NCBI GenBank assembly: GCA_029953675.1
Contig: JAMWBK010000005.1
Span: 1,364,001 to 1,428,000 of the forward strand
Direction of reading: 5' to 3'
Length of the DNA stretch: 64,000 nt
Source: Rhodosorus marinus CCMP1338
Lineage: Eukaryota > Plantae > Rhodophyta
The notes beneath the pieces were generated by a model. The model did no database searches, was not told the origin of the DNA, and saw only the letters and a program-made list of their open reading frames with translations. The position numbers and the translations under genes are program-made. Below, in pieces: positions 34,535 through 47,863 of the stretch (positions within the stretch are counted from its first letter, which is position 1; each line of letters starts with the position of its first letter).

Positions 34535-36369
34535 TCATATCCACCTCCACTTTTTAAAACTGTACATTAGGAAACAGCCGGCGCAGCTCACAAACATCCA
34601 GAACAAAACGTAGCCGACTTTGAACTTGAACTCAGGCAAATGCTGTGAAGGCAAAAATTTGATGTTTAGCGTCAAGGGCCCGTCCGAGCAAGGACCGGGG
34701 GAAAATGGACCCCACCTCAAAGTTCATTCCATAGACACCGGCAAAGAACGAGAACGGTATAAAAGTTGCTCCAATAACCGTCAAGCGTTGCATAACTGCG
34801 GGACAAAATAGGGAGAAAAGAAACTCAGCCTATGCGAAGTAACATTCGCACGGTGGAAAAGAGCCTTCCGGTTCCTGAAGAGAAGACCTCACCTTCTTGA
34901 GTCTTATGGTCTTGGGAACTCAAGTACAAGTCAACCAGGCCCGCCGAGATATCTCTCTGCGTTTCCACCATATCCGCGAGGTATGTCAGGTGCTCGTAAA
35001 GTTCTTGCATTTTCCTGTTGGGAAGAGTAGCTGCGGAGTCTGTCAGTGCGAGCCTTCCGCATGTAATCTTCTGCAAAAAAGTGGGCGTGCCTCTTGGTCT
35101 CCAGGTCGGGGAAGAAGTCTGACATCATTGCGTCTGCAATATACTCCCTCATTGGCCAGATTACGCGTCTCAGCCTTGACATATCTCGTTTAACCCTGGA
35201 GATTGCCTGTGCAACAATTTGCAGAATAAGATTGATTCAAAAAAGGGGACTTAGTCTACTATATACTGGTCCACGCTATTCCAAAGTTCTGACCTTACCT
35301 TGGCGACGTTCTTGCTCGACTTCCCGGTCATAAGCCATTCTTCCAGTTCCTCAAGGTCGTCGCTATATGACTCGAGCAGCGGGAAATATTTGTCCACGAC
35401 CGCTCGAAGGATGAAAGGAACCAACGCACTCGCTTTCTTGTGCCGAAATCCTTCCACGTTAATTCGTATTCTTTCGTCTAGAGCAGATGTCCAGTTTCTA
35501 ACCTCTTGATCGTCTTCGTCCTGGTGTCGTTCGAACGCGCCAATATTTAGCAACAAACCGCAGTGGTCGCGTTTTCTCGAGATTTCCGCTTACATGGAAC
35601 GAAACACAGAAATGCGAACCTAAGAATGTCATCAGGCCTAGCTGCGTATTTGACATTTCAATGTAGTGCCGTGAGTCATCTTCAGGTTTTGATGGAATGT
35701 GACTGATCAGAAGAAGAGTAGAATCCACCCTAATCGAAAGAAGCGATCACTGAAACCTCTTAGCCCGGGGTCACTGTTCAACATGTTGCTGTGGGCGGCA
35801 CATACGAGAGCATCTTCGGTCTTTGCGGGGTCTTCAGGATGATGTCCGCAGCTACATCGTGTAATTTAAAAAGTTTCCTGAACAAGGAGACCGCCTGCTT
35901 GCTATCTTCTCTTCCGCAGACACGTATCCAGTACTGAGGTTCATCGCTGTTTGAGTTTTCACTTTGTTGGCCAAGTGAATGAAGTAAGCCGTTGAGGCTG
36001 ACATCAGGTTGCGACTCGAATGAGTCATGAGAAAACTTAACGACTTGAACATAGACCTCCTCCTCTTCATCTGAGCTTAGGTCGAAGCTCGTATCTGTTT
36101 CATATTCGGGCAGGTCATACCTATAGCGGGATGACGAAAACAAATCAGCCTCAGAATAGCTGGGAACGAAATCTGCACAAGTTAATCACCGTAACCAACC
36201 TGTTCACCGAGTTGCTCCTACTACTTCCTAACAAGCTTGGTGGAGAAGTCTCACTGGAGAAACTACTACCGGAGTCGCCGCCACCGTCCGAACTGGATGA
36301 CGAGCCATGTCTGCGACGACTAACGATCCAGATTGGTCTCGAGTGGGTGTCCTGGCTTTCTTTCTCCAT
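34535..36369 (-). CDS. corA: CorA-family Mg2+/divalent cation transporter, multi-exon (start uncertain)
   Basis: YWIRVCG...LHDVAADIILKTPQRPK, ILRAVVDKYFPLLESYSDDLEELEE, LRRVIWPMRE, ELYEHLTYLADMVETQRD, TFIPFSFFAGVYGMNFE (GMN motif), LPEFKFKVGY. Confidence 0.88.
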
Positions 36370-39295
36370 AGCATCCAATTAGCCTAGTTCATCACACGCA
36401 TTTAATGCGTCCCTCGCCCAACTCCCCTCCGGATTTTTCTAGCTTCACCACTGCTTGTTCTGGCAGGACTGGACTTGTCGATTATTGCACGGCATAGAGT
36501 TGCGGGGAGCAGACATAAGAGACCTACACAATACCATTTGCTGGTTCCTTTTTTTGCAGTTCGTGAATCAGCTTTATTGGCCAACCAAACTGGACGAGAT
36601 TCTCTTGCTGAAGAGGTCCCATGGAAAGTTGCCTGGTTCAGATGTATCTGAAAGTCTGGTTGCACAGTATTAGAAGAGGATACTCGAATTTTGCTCAATG
36701 GGAACGCCGACTGAAGTTCGAAAGTCCTGGTGGCCTTCTGCGTATCTACTGCTAAGGGGTGACACTGTCGCGGTTCACTCACTACTCGCGGAGGGGCACT
36801 TCCCTGCGGACATTTGAAAGGGTTCGTGGGTTTTACTCGTGGTCAGGCTGGTTTAAATAATCGGATTGGACGATTGCAGGATTGTAGCTATTGAAATTCC
36901 ACAGTTTGTATGTGAAGTTCACATACATCATTGTCATGCGTTTGTTTAGAGCAAGCGCTACCCTGAAGCTTCCCTGAAGCTTCTACTTTCACTATCCTCG
37001 ACTTCCCAACATACTCGTGATATAGTGCTCTTCAGATTCTTATGTCTTGCGTACAAAGCGTTGAATGTGACCACCGTGGCCTGCAGAAAAGGATCAACTA
37101 CCTTGAGGAGACACCACCTGCAGGCGGCGGGCAAACCCTTATTGTGTGAGTACTCACGAGTATTTACACAATTCACGATTGGCATAAACTGCCCCGACGC
37201 AGAGGGAGCTCCCATAGATTTCCACTCATCAAGCAAAGCGCAAACTGCGCTGTGTCTGCCAGTAACCACTTCGTCATAGGCACAATTGACGACCAGCGTA
37301 CCGGGACGTAGTACGGGCAATTGCCCACTGGTGAATTCACATCGTATGTCCCCACCGGTAGACTATTAAAGACGCCAAGTTTTCATCAACCTCGTGTGCG
37401 AATATTTGTCGATGACTTCTATGAAACTTTTCACAACTAGATAAGATAGGAAAGACGGTAGTGCGAAGTTCCACTAAATCAATGCATTAACTTTCTCACT
37501 TAGGGGGATGAGACTCACAAGCTTCAGAAGCACATCCTCCCAAGTGTTTTGAAAGTCCATTGACATGCACCGCCATGGTTCGAGCTTGGTCTGTAGTTGA
37601 TCCTGTGATTGTTACTAGTAATGAGCTGCATAGCACTTCAAATGCTCTCCCAGCAAAGGACCCTGCATTTTGCTCGAACAACCGAGTAGAGCTATATGGA
37701 ACCTATCCACCATTTTAATGACGCATGTTCATTCAGAGCCTACCTACCCTGCTGAGCGTCAGGGGAGGGGGCAAACAATACCGCACTGTTGTTTAAAGCG
37801 AGTACCATGCGTCTTCAATAGTTTAATGGTCACGGAGTAGTTAGACTGATAAATGTCCTTGTCTTGATGAGCCGCGTCCAACGACAGCGCGGCGTTACTC
37901 CGCCAGAAGGTCGACTATAGTAGTATACCAGATTGTCACATACAATTCCGTGAGAAGGCTGTGAAAGACAGGCACTGTGAAAGTCGCGACGCTAGCCAAC
38001 GAAAAGCAACACTTCTAAAGACCAACGCACTTCATAATGAGCGTTTCTACCGATGAGGCAGCGCCGAGTTCCGGAAGATTGGATAAGATACGTGTAGAGC
38101 CCTTGCCAACAGTTAGGATTTGTGCCATCGATACTTCCGCGGGAGCCCCAGCTCCTCATACCCAGCCGTCAGCCTCCCTCTCCGGGTTTCGCCTAAATGG
38201 TTGCAGCGGATGACAATCAATCAATTAAACGATCTATTGATGAAGAAAACAGATGTGATCAATCAATACGGAACTAGGGCCTTTCTGATATACATTTGCA
38301 TCAAACGCGCACGTCAACAAAACATTTGTTTGGGGAAAATAAAAACCTTTATTGAACATAGACGATCATCTTCTACCCCGCGTAAGAACATTGAGAATCT
38401 GTGTTAAATGCTCGGTTTGGTAGATTTAGCAGATACAAACCACTCCCATACCAGCCCCTATGGAAGATGCAATATCTTTTACTACCACACGATGGTACAT
38501 CATTGGTTGCAGTCTAGGCTCCCATCTACACTATTCGTCCAACCCAGACCAATCACTTTCAACTATCAACTGGGAACAGTACTTTGGTAGTACAAAGCAA
38601 CGAGTAATTAGCATGTACTATTCCAACTGGAGATGCATCGGAGAACCGATATTTTTTAGACGATTAATTTAATGTGCGTGACCCAAAAAAGCAACTTTTG
38701 GGCGTTTAGTAGAATTTTTGTTGTTTTCTAGATTTCTCGATAAGGGTCGGGGCCACAACAGAACGAACATTGGGCTGAGGACGTTTTGTTTCCAGACGAG
38801 TAGGTCTTGAAAGCAATTTTTGTGGATGGGGAGTTCGCGGGGAGGAAGGCTAGGGAGGAGGCTTTGGCTTGCTTTGTAGTTGGCGTTTTGTGGGAGGCTT
38901 TGTTTTTGTTTTTTTTTTTGCTTGTGGTTTTTGTTTTGGAGCTGTTGTGGACGATGGAGGCTGGGGGTCCATCGCTGGCTTTTGTTTTTACTTTGACAAG
39001 AGGCTTCACGTGTTGAGGAGGAGGGAGGTAGAAAGGGATCGCGTCAAGTTCTGGACGTCGTTGAGGGGCTTCCAGCTTGGTGGATGCTTTCGGACTTGAG
39101 GAAGTGGGTTCCTGAGGAGTTAGACATGCCGGGATGAGGGACAGGAATTAGGTACTCCCTTAAACTTTGGAGGAGATGACCCCAGTTGAGGTTATATGGA
39201 ACGGGCTGTCAAGGGCACCGGAAATCTCTTCCGGAACATTGATCTATAGCTTCTCCACGGGTCAAGTTTATTGCATTTAATGTTTTGAGGAGGGG

Positions 39296-42212
39296 ATGTG
39301 GCGGGTTTATAGATCCTCCGTTCGGCTCAAGCCGCCGGATGGAGTTCGCTTTCTATCTGATCATGTCCGTCGTCTGCCTCCAGTGTTCTCGAACACCAGG
39401 AGAACAGAGCTTGTATATCGGTTGACACGTCACTGGAAGGCAGAGAAGATTGTTCCAAGTACTGAGTACTTAAGTCCGCTCCTGGAGAGATGGGGCCGTG
39501 CTAAGAAGACAAGACACATACTGACGGTGATGCGTTACATGGATCTGGTAGGAGCACTGTTTTCACCAGCGCTGTACCTCAACCTTATCCGCGCCCATTG
39601 TGAATGCGGAGAAATTGTGAAAGGCCTCTACTATTACCATGAGATGTGCTTCACAGGCATAAAACCTTCAGCGGAGATCTTTAAGTATCTTTTTCGGGTA
39701 CTGGGGGAAAACCAGAAGTTTGCGGAAGCCAAATGGCTGTGGGAGGACGTGAAGGCGAAGGGGTTGTCCCTAGACCGAGAATTGTACGCCAGCTTTGCGT
39801 ATGTGCTGTTCGTGGAGAGAGGATTTTCTGCGATTACCAAACTGTTGAATTCGAGCGCAGGGGAGAGCAATTTCGACGAGGGCGATTTTATGAACTCGCT
39901 CATAGCGGTTTTGAACGAGAAATCCGAAGTGCAAATGGCGGAGATGCTATTGAAAGAATTGGCGGACCGAGATTTACGCCCGGATTCGAAAGCGTTGGCT
40001 TCTTTTGTAGATGCATACATGCGTGATGGGAAGACTCACGAGGCAAGAGAGATACTACGAGCGCAAGAAGAGAACTCAATATTGGGCATCGAGTCCTATA
40101 ACGGGTTGATGCGCGGATTGTTGACGACGGGCCAGTGCGAGAGATTGAAAGAAGTCTTTGAGACGATCGAAGCCGTCGAGGATGTTGTAGCTGATCGCGA
40201 AAGCTTTATGCTGTTATTGTCAGCTCTCTCAAGCATTGGTACGCCTCCAAGCAGTTCTTGTGCCTTTTGAACTCTTTTCATGTTATACCTCATGCCCGAT
40301 TCCGACGCTTACGAGTAACGACTGTTCTTCCCTGCAGATGACCACACGGGATTGATGCGGGCATTTGAAAAGTTTAAATCTCGAGAATTTGAGGTCTGCG
40401 ATGAGGTCGCGGATAGGATTATTCACTCACAAATTGTTGCTGGGAAGGTGAAGCAGGCTGCGAAGCTCTTCCTTGATGAATTTGCAGCACAAAGATGTTC
40501 CGTTTTTCGAGCAACGCAAGCTTCTTTAATTGAGGGCTTGGTGTCCATGGGGGAGCACTCGCTCGCTGTGGACGTCTTCGAAAATCTTCAAGCTCTTGGT
40601 GAAGACAGGTTTACTCAAGTAACAAATGCGCAAATGGTTGAAGCTTATTACAATCGCGGCGACTCGTTGAGCGCTGGCCACCTCATGTCAGTCATTGTTG
40701 AGACCACAGTTCCCAGCAGAGACTGGCCAAAGTTGAGCTGCAGATCCCGAAATTCTATTTTGAGGGCGCAGAATTACGTTAATCCCGAAGGAACCAAAAA
40801 ACTATATTCAGCGTTCAAGCAGCTTGGATGTAGTGTGAATGAAACAACCCACGCTATCGTAATTGATAGCTTTGGGAAAACGAGGAATATGAGGTCACTT
40901 GAGGATGTTCTCCAGAAGATGAGATCGGGACGTCTAAAATACAGTGAAATAACTGCTGAGGCCATGGCCGACGCGTTCGTTGAGATGGGGGAAGTAACAA
41001 AAGCGCTTTCCGTTCTTGAGGAGGCGGCTGGAGACGGCCTGAAACCTCAGCTTGTAAGATTCAGTATTCTAGCTACCGTTCTGTGCCGACAATTTTTTTT
41101 TTAATTGCTAAAAGGAAGCACCCTCTTTCTGTCTACCACGCTGCTGAGCAGAAATCCTACTCCAGAGTGATATTGTATTTCGCGAGAAATGATGTTGGAA
41201 GCATGTACAGAGCTATTCAGAATTTGTGCGCGAAGGGAGTCCCACCGAGTCTGGAAGTATTTGAAATAGCGATTCGTTCTCTCGCGAATCGGGGACACGA
41301 CTCTTCGGCGCATGGAGTATACAAGATGGTGAAGGATGCAGGAGCGACCCCGAACCGGTAAGAAGTGGTTAGGAAAGTGGGACAGCATGTGGGACTCCTA
41401 TTCATACGAACGCCATTCCAATTATTAGGGAAATCCTGGAAGATCTTGTTTCCATGTGCGCGAGGCTCGGAAAGGTACAAGATGCACTGTTCTATTTTGA
41501 CGAGCTGATCGCCCATGACATAGTGCCCAGCTCAAGGTCTCTCAACTGGATTCTGAATGGACTGGCAAGAGGTATTGCATCTCGCTCGCTTGAAATTTTG
41601 AATGCGTAAACCCTTACCATCATTCTTCTTCCTTCCACCCAAGGCCTGCATATTGAGGTTCTGGGTATGTTCTATAACGCCATGAAGCGAGGCGGCGTTG
41701 CACCCGACGGGACTTCCAGGCGAGCTATACTCTTAGGATTTGCAGAGAGTCCTTCATTCTGTCGCGGCGTGAGTGAGCTCAACGCGATCCTGGAAACCCA
41801 GGACATTCAAGGAGAGCTTGCCCGCGAAGAGACTGTGGAACGTGGAGAAGAAGCGAGTACAATAGAGGAAATCAAAGATGACGCCGTCAAGGACGCTGAA
41901 GAAGAGCAGTACGTACCAAGGAAAATCCGGGCTCTAGCGGGACTCCTGGGCAGCTTCCAGGTGAAAAAGCCTTTCGCGGAAACGAGCGTTTTGCAGAGAC
42001 AACGCAGACTTTCTTTGGAACGTAATTTCAACCCAGAGCGTTTCGAAGATGTGGAGCATGAACCTGGAGTGGGTGATTTGAACTACTCTGGTAACTTTTC
42101 CACGATGACGCCGGAGTCATGGGCTGGAGTGCGATTATCAACTGGGGAGAAGATCGAACTGCGGGAGAAACCGATATTGAAAAGGACCACCAAGAAGAGC
42201 CATGACGCCTAG
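39296..42212 (+). CDS. Pentatricopeptide-repeat protein, probably mitochondrial, multi-exon
   Basis: Arg-rich presequence-like N-terminus and tandem ~35-aa helical repeats (ALYLNLIRAHCECGEIVKGLYYYHEMCFTGIKPS; ESYNGLMRGLLTTGQCERLKEVFETI; THAIVIDSFGKTRNMRSLEDVLQKM). Confidence 0.82.
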
Positions 42213-44009
42213 AGGAAGCGTCAACAAGCTCACAGCGCTCTAGGAAGTGTTGATAGATACTTAAGACTAACGAATTAACTACGAGCTGGCCGAACAACCA
42301 CCCAAGATAACGAAGGCTGCGATCAGAAACCAGGTAGATCAAAGTTCTCACCGTTTGTACATAAGGCCAAAATTATTTAGTATTCCGTTAATTAAAATGC
42401 TAATTACAGAATTTTTTTGATACGAAGAGTATGGGCCGAGCTCGACCGGCTCGAGAGGTTAACAGCAACTCGTGCGCTTGAGGAATAGCTCGGACACGCG
42501 AAGCTGAAACTTGCAGCAGGCTGTAAGCGCCCGCAGACCAGGGACCGATCCACATTTCATCCATCAAGCATAGCACACTCCGATGTGAGTACGTCAGACC
42601 AAAAATCTTCGTCGCTCTGGTCTCCCTTAGAATCGATGTGTTGCGATCGAGGGCGGCCGGGATCAACAAGCACATAAGCAGAATAGTTAGACTGTACGGC
42701 AGGGTCTTGCGATACATTGGACGTACAGATTGAGGTTTCCAGTTCCGTAGAGGATTTGATCAAGTCTCGTCCTCCTCACAGAACGAAGAGCTTCCTAAAC
42801 AAATCTCCACAAAAACGCAAAATATTATTGAAATGCAAAATAATCCTGTTGGTGGTAGACGAAGTCTTTCGTCCGACGCTACCCACCACGAAAAAAAAAA
42901 CACAAATAAAATCCAAACCTTTAAAACTATCTATCGACATAGTCTTAACGTAAAAGCAATAACTATATTCCGAATATCTTGAAAAATGGAATATTTATTT
43001 TCGAGGAAGCCGAATATGGACCAATTTAAATTGTTTTGTGAAAGAAATAATCCATTCGGTTTCGCAGAAATAGTCAAAAGCCAATGAACTTTTATGTTTT
43101 GGACCTTTAATATCCTGTTAGGAACAAACAACTTATCCAGTTCGTCTGCGACAAACCGGCTGATTGGATAGGAAAATAATTTTTCGAAAAATATCATTTG
43201 CGCGGGATTATTTTTCTGAAAATTCCAGGCGCTGTTAGCGAAGGGAAAGAACTGGCGAGGCGAGACGAGGGTGGGGGGTTTGAATTTATGATAGGATAAG
43301 AAATACAACCAAAAGTTTTTAAAACACCTGGATTTGATTTAAAAAAAATTAGATTTACCCCTCTTTTGAAAATAGTGAACGAAGGACGTGGCAGATACTC
43401 AATCATTGATCTTCATTTTTCTAGTATTTTTAGATAGCAAGTATCTTGGGTTTTCTATTCTCGTCATAAAAAATATGTTCGGTTAATCAATGGGTTCACG
43501 TCGTCGTTGGTTGGATGAGGCGGAAAATTCAACAATAATGATTGGAGAAGCTTGTCTGATGATCGACCAACCAATTGGCTCTGACTATGCGTCCATGAGC
43601 AGAAAATGACTTCCTTATTCTCCATAACTTTTTTTTGGCCGGGAGAATGTAATATTGGCCAATATCTTGCGATGCCCGTATAGAGGAGGACAACGCTCGT
43701 GGTACCCACCCTTCTTGTAGAACATGAAAGCAGAAGAGCTTATTTTATGAGCTTCTGCAACGATGTTTACTCTTGCGACATGCTAGTTTGGGGGGGGGGG
43801 CGGAGTTAAGATATGGAAGTCAATGTGAATGGATTGTTTTTGTTTAGTTTTTCTTTTTTTGGTTTGTCCTGAGCGATTATAAAGACCAGAGGGAACACTG
43901 AGGTGGGTATCATTAGATGAGCATGTAGTGGAGGGGTTTAGTTGAAGGGAAGGAGCTTGATTTTTATCTTGAATATCTGATTTGGACAAAGTCTTGTACT
44001 TCTTCCTAT

Positions 44010-44052
44010 AGAGAGAGAGAGAGAGAAAGAGAGGGAGAAAGAGAGAGAGAGA
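44010..44052 (+). repeat. Imperfect (GA)n microsatellite just upstream of the ferritin ATG
   Basis: gagagagagagagagaaagagagggagaaagagagagagaga. Confidence 0.9.
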
Positions 44053-44068
44053 TTCGACAGGTTAAACT

Positions 44069-45173
44069 ATGGCGTTTGTGTCTGGGTTCAAGGTCGGCGG
44101 TGGTCGACGTGCGTGCGCGAAGCAGAGCAGCTCGAGAAGGTCAGCATGGGGGCAGGACAATTTCTTTTGGAATTGTTTTGGACTCTGTGTGGTTTGCTGG
44201 GACTGATGTTAGGCTCCTCTTGTTTCGCTGATTAGGACTGCCCTCAGAATGTCGGAGTCGAACCTGTGTGATTTCACAAAGGTTGACTTCAAGGAGAGCT
44301 CCGAGTTTGAAGGTAGGAATTTTATCGGGGTTGAAAGTTTCGTTTTTGCGTCCAATTGCTGCTAAGAGCTTTGCTCTACTCTTTTTTGAACAGGGAAAAT
44401 TTTCAAGACTGATACGGTGGATTTTCCGGCAACCCGAGTCAAGCTCGACCACAAAGAAGAGCTTTCATACAAGAAGGAATGCGAAGAGGCTATTAACACG
44501 CAAATCAATGTTGAGTTGACTGCTTCATACCTGTACCAGGCTATGTATGCGTATTTCTGTCGAGACACTGTTGGTCTTCCAGGATTTGCCAAGTATTTCA
44601 AGGTAGGTTCTCCAAGATATGAGCTAGTTTTTTCTTTCCTGCTCGGACCTCATCGCGCGTGAACGGTTCTTGAATTGCGTCTTGTTTGTAGGACATGAGC
44701 GTGGAAGAGAAGGAACACGCAGAGAAGCTTATTGAATACCAAAACGCGCGAGGAGGACGAGTGGTCTTCAAGCCACTCTATGTCCCCGAGATCGCCTTTG
44801 ACTACTATGATGGGACTAGCGATGCTTTGTACGCAATGGACTTGCACCTGCAGATTGAGAAATTCGTTTACGAAAAGGTCATGGCTGTCCATGAGGTAGG
44901 TTCTTGAAGCAGATTTTCTTGAAGGTTCAGTTCATTATCTCGGTCCTCATGTCTCCCGTTCTGTTCATAATATAGGCTGCTGAGAAGGCGCATGACCCTC
45001 AGCTCCAGGACTACATGGAGACGTTCTTATCAGACCAGGTTGAAGCAATCAAGGTAGCGGCTGACTACGTCGCCCAGATTCGTCGCGTCGGGACCGGGCA
45101 TGGAGTATACCACATCGATACAGCTTTGCTGGAAGGGAACATTATCCCAAAACCCGACTTCGCCCTTGCATAG
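44069..45173 (+). CDS. FER: Plastid ferritin, multi-exon
   Basis: MAFVSG transit peptide; [57 protein letters not shown]. Ferroxidase-centre residues are present. Confidence 0.95.
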
Positions 45174-45555
45174 ACTTATTTTCCGGCAAGTTTGATCCGT
45201 TTGGTGTAGTTTTTGGTATCTGCTGACAATATACGATCTAGTTGCTAGCCATGTACGACTCGTAGCCTGCTTTCAGCTTGACCCAAGGCATCTGCCACTG
45301 TTACTCATTTCAATAGCGAAAGCGCTTCGAAGCTCGACGAATTCTCGTATTTTCCTGTGGATTATTCTTCGCGAGCAAGGTACTCGAGACCCGGAGTACC
45401 ATTTCAACGCTTGTTTCGACCCGTAATAAGCGCTCGTTTCTGCGATGTCTCGCGTGCACGGGCGATGTGAGACCAGCACAAGTGTGTAGTTAGCTGCTCG
45501 GCAATGCAGCGTGCAACTTACTCGTATTTCTGACGTCTTCGAATGCCGAGAAAGA

Positions 45556-46864
45556 TCACTCCACATGCAGTCTTCCGGCTATGGCAGAATAGAAATCGTT
45601 CTTATCGTCCAAAGCATTCTCACTCATGATAAGGGCGATTTCGTCCTCCATGTAGTCGTCATTAATCATCTCATCTACAACGAGTAACGGAAACAGCAGA
45701 CGTTAGGCACACCATCCTCGGTATACTGACAAATCGATTGTCCTGCAATGAACCTTACCAGCACTGAAATTAGTAGTTACTTGCGATTGTATGGTAGTGT
45801 CCGAGATCTCCCGAGGTGGCGATTTGTGCACAATCTTTTCATGCCGTTGCATTGTCTGCTTCAGCCTGAAGTTCTTCCCGCATACCGAACAAGCGTAGGA
45901 CGCTTCTTTCTGGTGAACTGTTCGGACATGTGTTTTCAAATTCGACCTATAGATGAACCAAGACGAAGAAAAAAACGAAAGGAACGTTGGCATCGACTAG
46001 GGTTTCGATCGAACGCGGGATTTTCACCTCGGGGCTTACGCGGACGAGAGGTTCTTGCCGCATACTTTGCAAGGATATCGGACACGATCAGCAGCATGCG
46101 TTTCGTGGATTTTCTCGTGCTCTTGCAACCGGCTCTTGTGAACAAACTTTCTGCTGCAGCTACTACAAGAGAGAAGTTCTTGTTTGTGCGCCAATTTTCG
46201 GTGTTTCCGCATGTCCGAAAACGTGTAGAATTTCTCCTGGCACCCATTTCGTTCGCACGTATACCTTGGGGATGCTGTGGATCATTCAATTCTGTCAGAT
46301 AGACCGGGCTTCACCAAGACAACAGCGCCGTGGTATGACTTACATGGGTGCCGACGCTCCTGATGTCTCCGGAGTTCTTGCGGATAGCGAAACCGCTTTG
46401 TACAAGAATCAACCGGACACTGATACGGAGCCAAACCAGTGTGTTCCGTCGTGTGCGCTTTCAGCAGATTTTTCTTGGTAAATGCCTGATCACAGACACT
46501 GCATACGAAAGGTCTCGACTGCTTGTGCAGGAGCTCATGCCGGTTGCGCTTCTGGTTCGTCACAAACCTGCGCATTGAAGAAGTCATTCAGATATCAAGC
46601 ATTGGCAAGTTTGATCGTTGGTAAGCCTTACCGTTTCTCGCATCCCTCAAAACTACAGGCAAGAGGTCTTTCAGACTCCGGCCTATGGCTCATAGTGTGT
46701 CGTTTCAGATTGTCAGACCTAGCAAAAGTCTTTTCACACGCTGGAACAGAACAACGGAAAGGTCTTTCGTTGGTGTGCACTCGCAAATGCTGATTCAGCT
46801 TGCCCCGACATTTGAACACCTTATCACATTCTGAGCACGGAAACTTAGGCACCTCCGTGCCCAT
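45556..46864 (-). CDS. GTF3A: Nine-finger C2H2 zinc-finger protein, transcription factor IIIA-like
   Basis: After splicing there are nine tandem C2H2 fingers (CSEC, CSVPAC, CSFEGC, CSVC, CPVDSC, CERNGC, CSSC, CKVC, CSVC) with mixed CX2C/CX4C spacing, RSNLKTHVRTVH in finger 8, and an acidic C-terminal tail. Confidence 0.75.
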
Positions 46865-47863
46865 GATGGTGAAGTTATCAACACCTTCAGAAACGTGCTT
46901 CAGCAAGGATGCATTGCTCACGAAGGTACTTCAGGTTTCCCTGAAGCAAGTTCCTATGGGCTAAGCTCAAAAACCTCAGCACTCCGCCGTCTGCCAGAGA
47001 TCACAAACCACTTCAAAAGAAGACAAGGCCAACAGTCAGCCGGGCCTCGCAGAAGTACCCAACCTCATGAAACGTCGCCCAGGGAAACTATCAGTTCTAG
47101 CTCCTAGAAGCCCCGCCCAAGGCCCTCCCTCCCCAAACTCAAAAGCCGTCCCATAAGACTCCGAACACGGGAAGACAAGTACTGCTTCGACTTCCGCAGA
47201 AAACTTGAACAGATACGAGATCCCAAAAAAGTCAGTAAAAATTCGCAAATTCTCTTAAGAAAACGAGCGAGTACAGAAAAAAGGATCCAGACAGAACTCT
47301 GTTACCGCCCGAAAGCTCTCCTTCAACCCGAAGTACTGTCTCTAAGCCAGTCCATCCTCCCCAGCATTAAGTTCCTTAAATTTCATTCAAAGCCGGCGCG
47401 TCGCCACAACTGAAAAGAAAATGATTGTATTCAATCTGTTTATTATGTATGATTAAACTTATTCGATGTATTCAATCTATTATCCCTTTACTCGATTATT
47501 GGCAGTTTATGATTAGTACACAGCCAAAAATAGATTGAATAGAATACGTTATTTAACTTTTCATATTTCTGGAGTTAGATTATAGATTACCATCTGGAGG
47601 CCAGATCAGGGCAGGGTTGGCGTTGGGTTTGGCTTGATCACAAACTCTTTCCGTACCGTAACCGGCTTCTATATGACCTCATTTCTGGTCCCATCCCAGG
47701 CCCCACGCAAAAGTCGCCTGGGTTCGCGCTTGGTCGTGTTCACGCAGTCCTTGCGAATCCGGGTTGATCGGGGGAAGCTGCGGACTTGTATTGTTGCTCC
47801 TGATCATCTGTATGGAATTTGAACAGCATCTAGGATGTTTCCAAGCGCTGTAGGTTGTTACTT

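Noticed and set aside
36400-38700. ORFs 36402-36782, 36958-37320 and 38120-38672 as genes or transposon remnants
   Set aside because: No recognisable motifs, terminal repeats or coherent exon structure.
38728-39150. Lys/Thr-rich minus-strand ORF upstream of the PPR gene
   Set aside because: It has no ATG and is best explained as the antisense shadow of the G/T-rich leader. The same applies to ORFs 9179-9397, 12761-13072, 17063-17521, 17512-17823, 20679-21125 and 33429-33726.
46295-46355. 5S rRNA-mimic element in a TFIIIA intron, as in land plants
   Set aside because: Only an 8-nt CATACCAC match in an intron of about 55 nt; all introns here are too short to hold a 5S-like exon.
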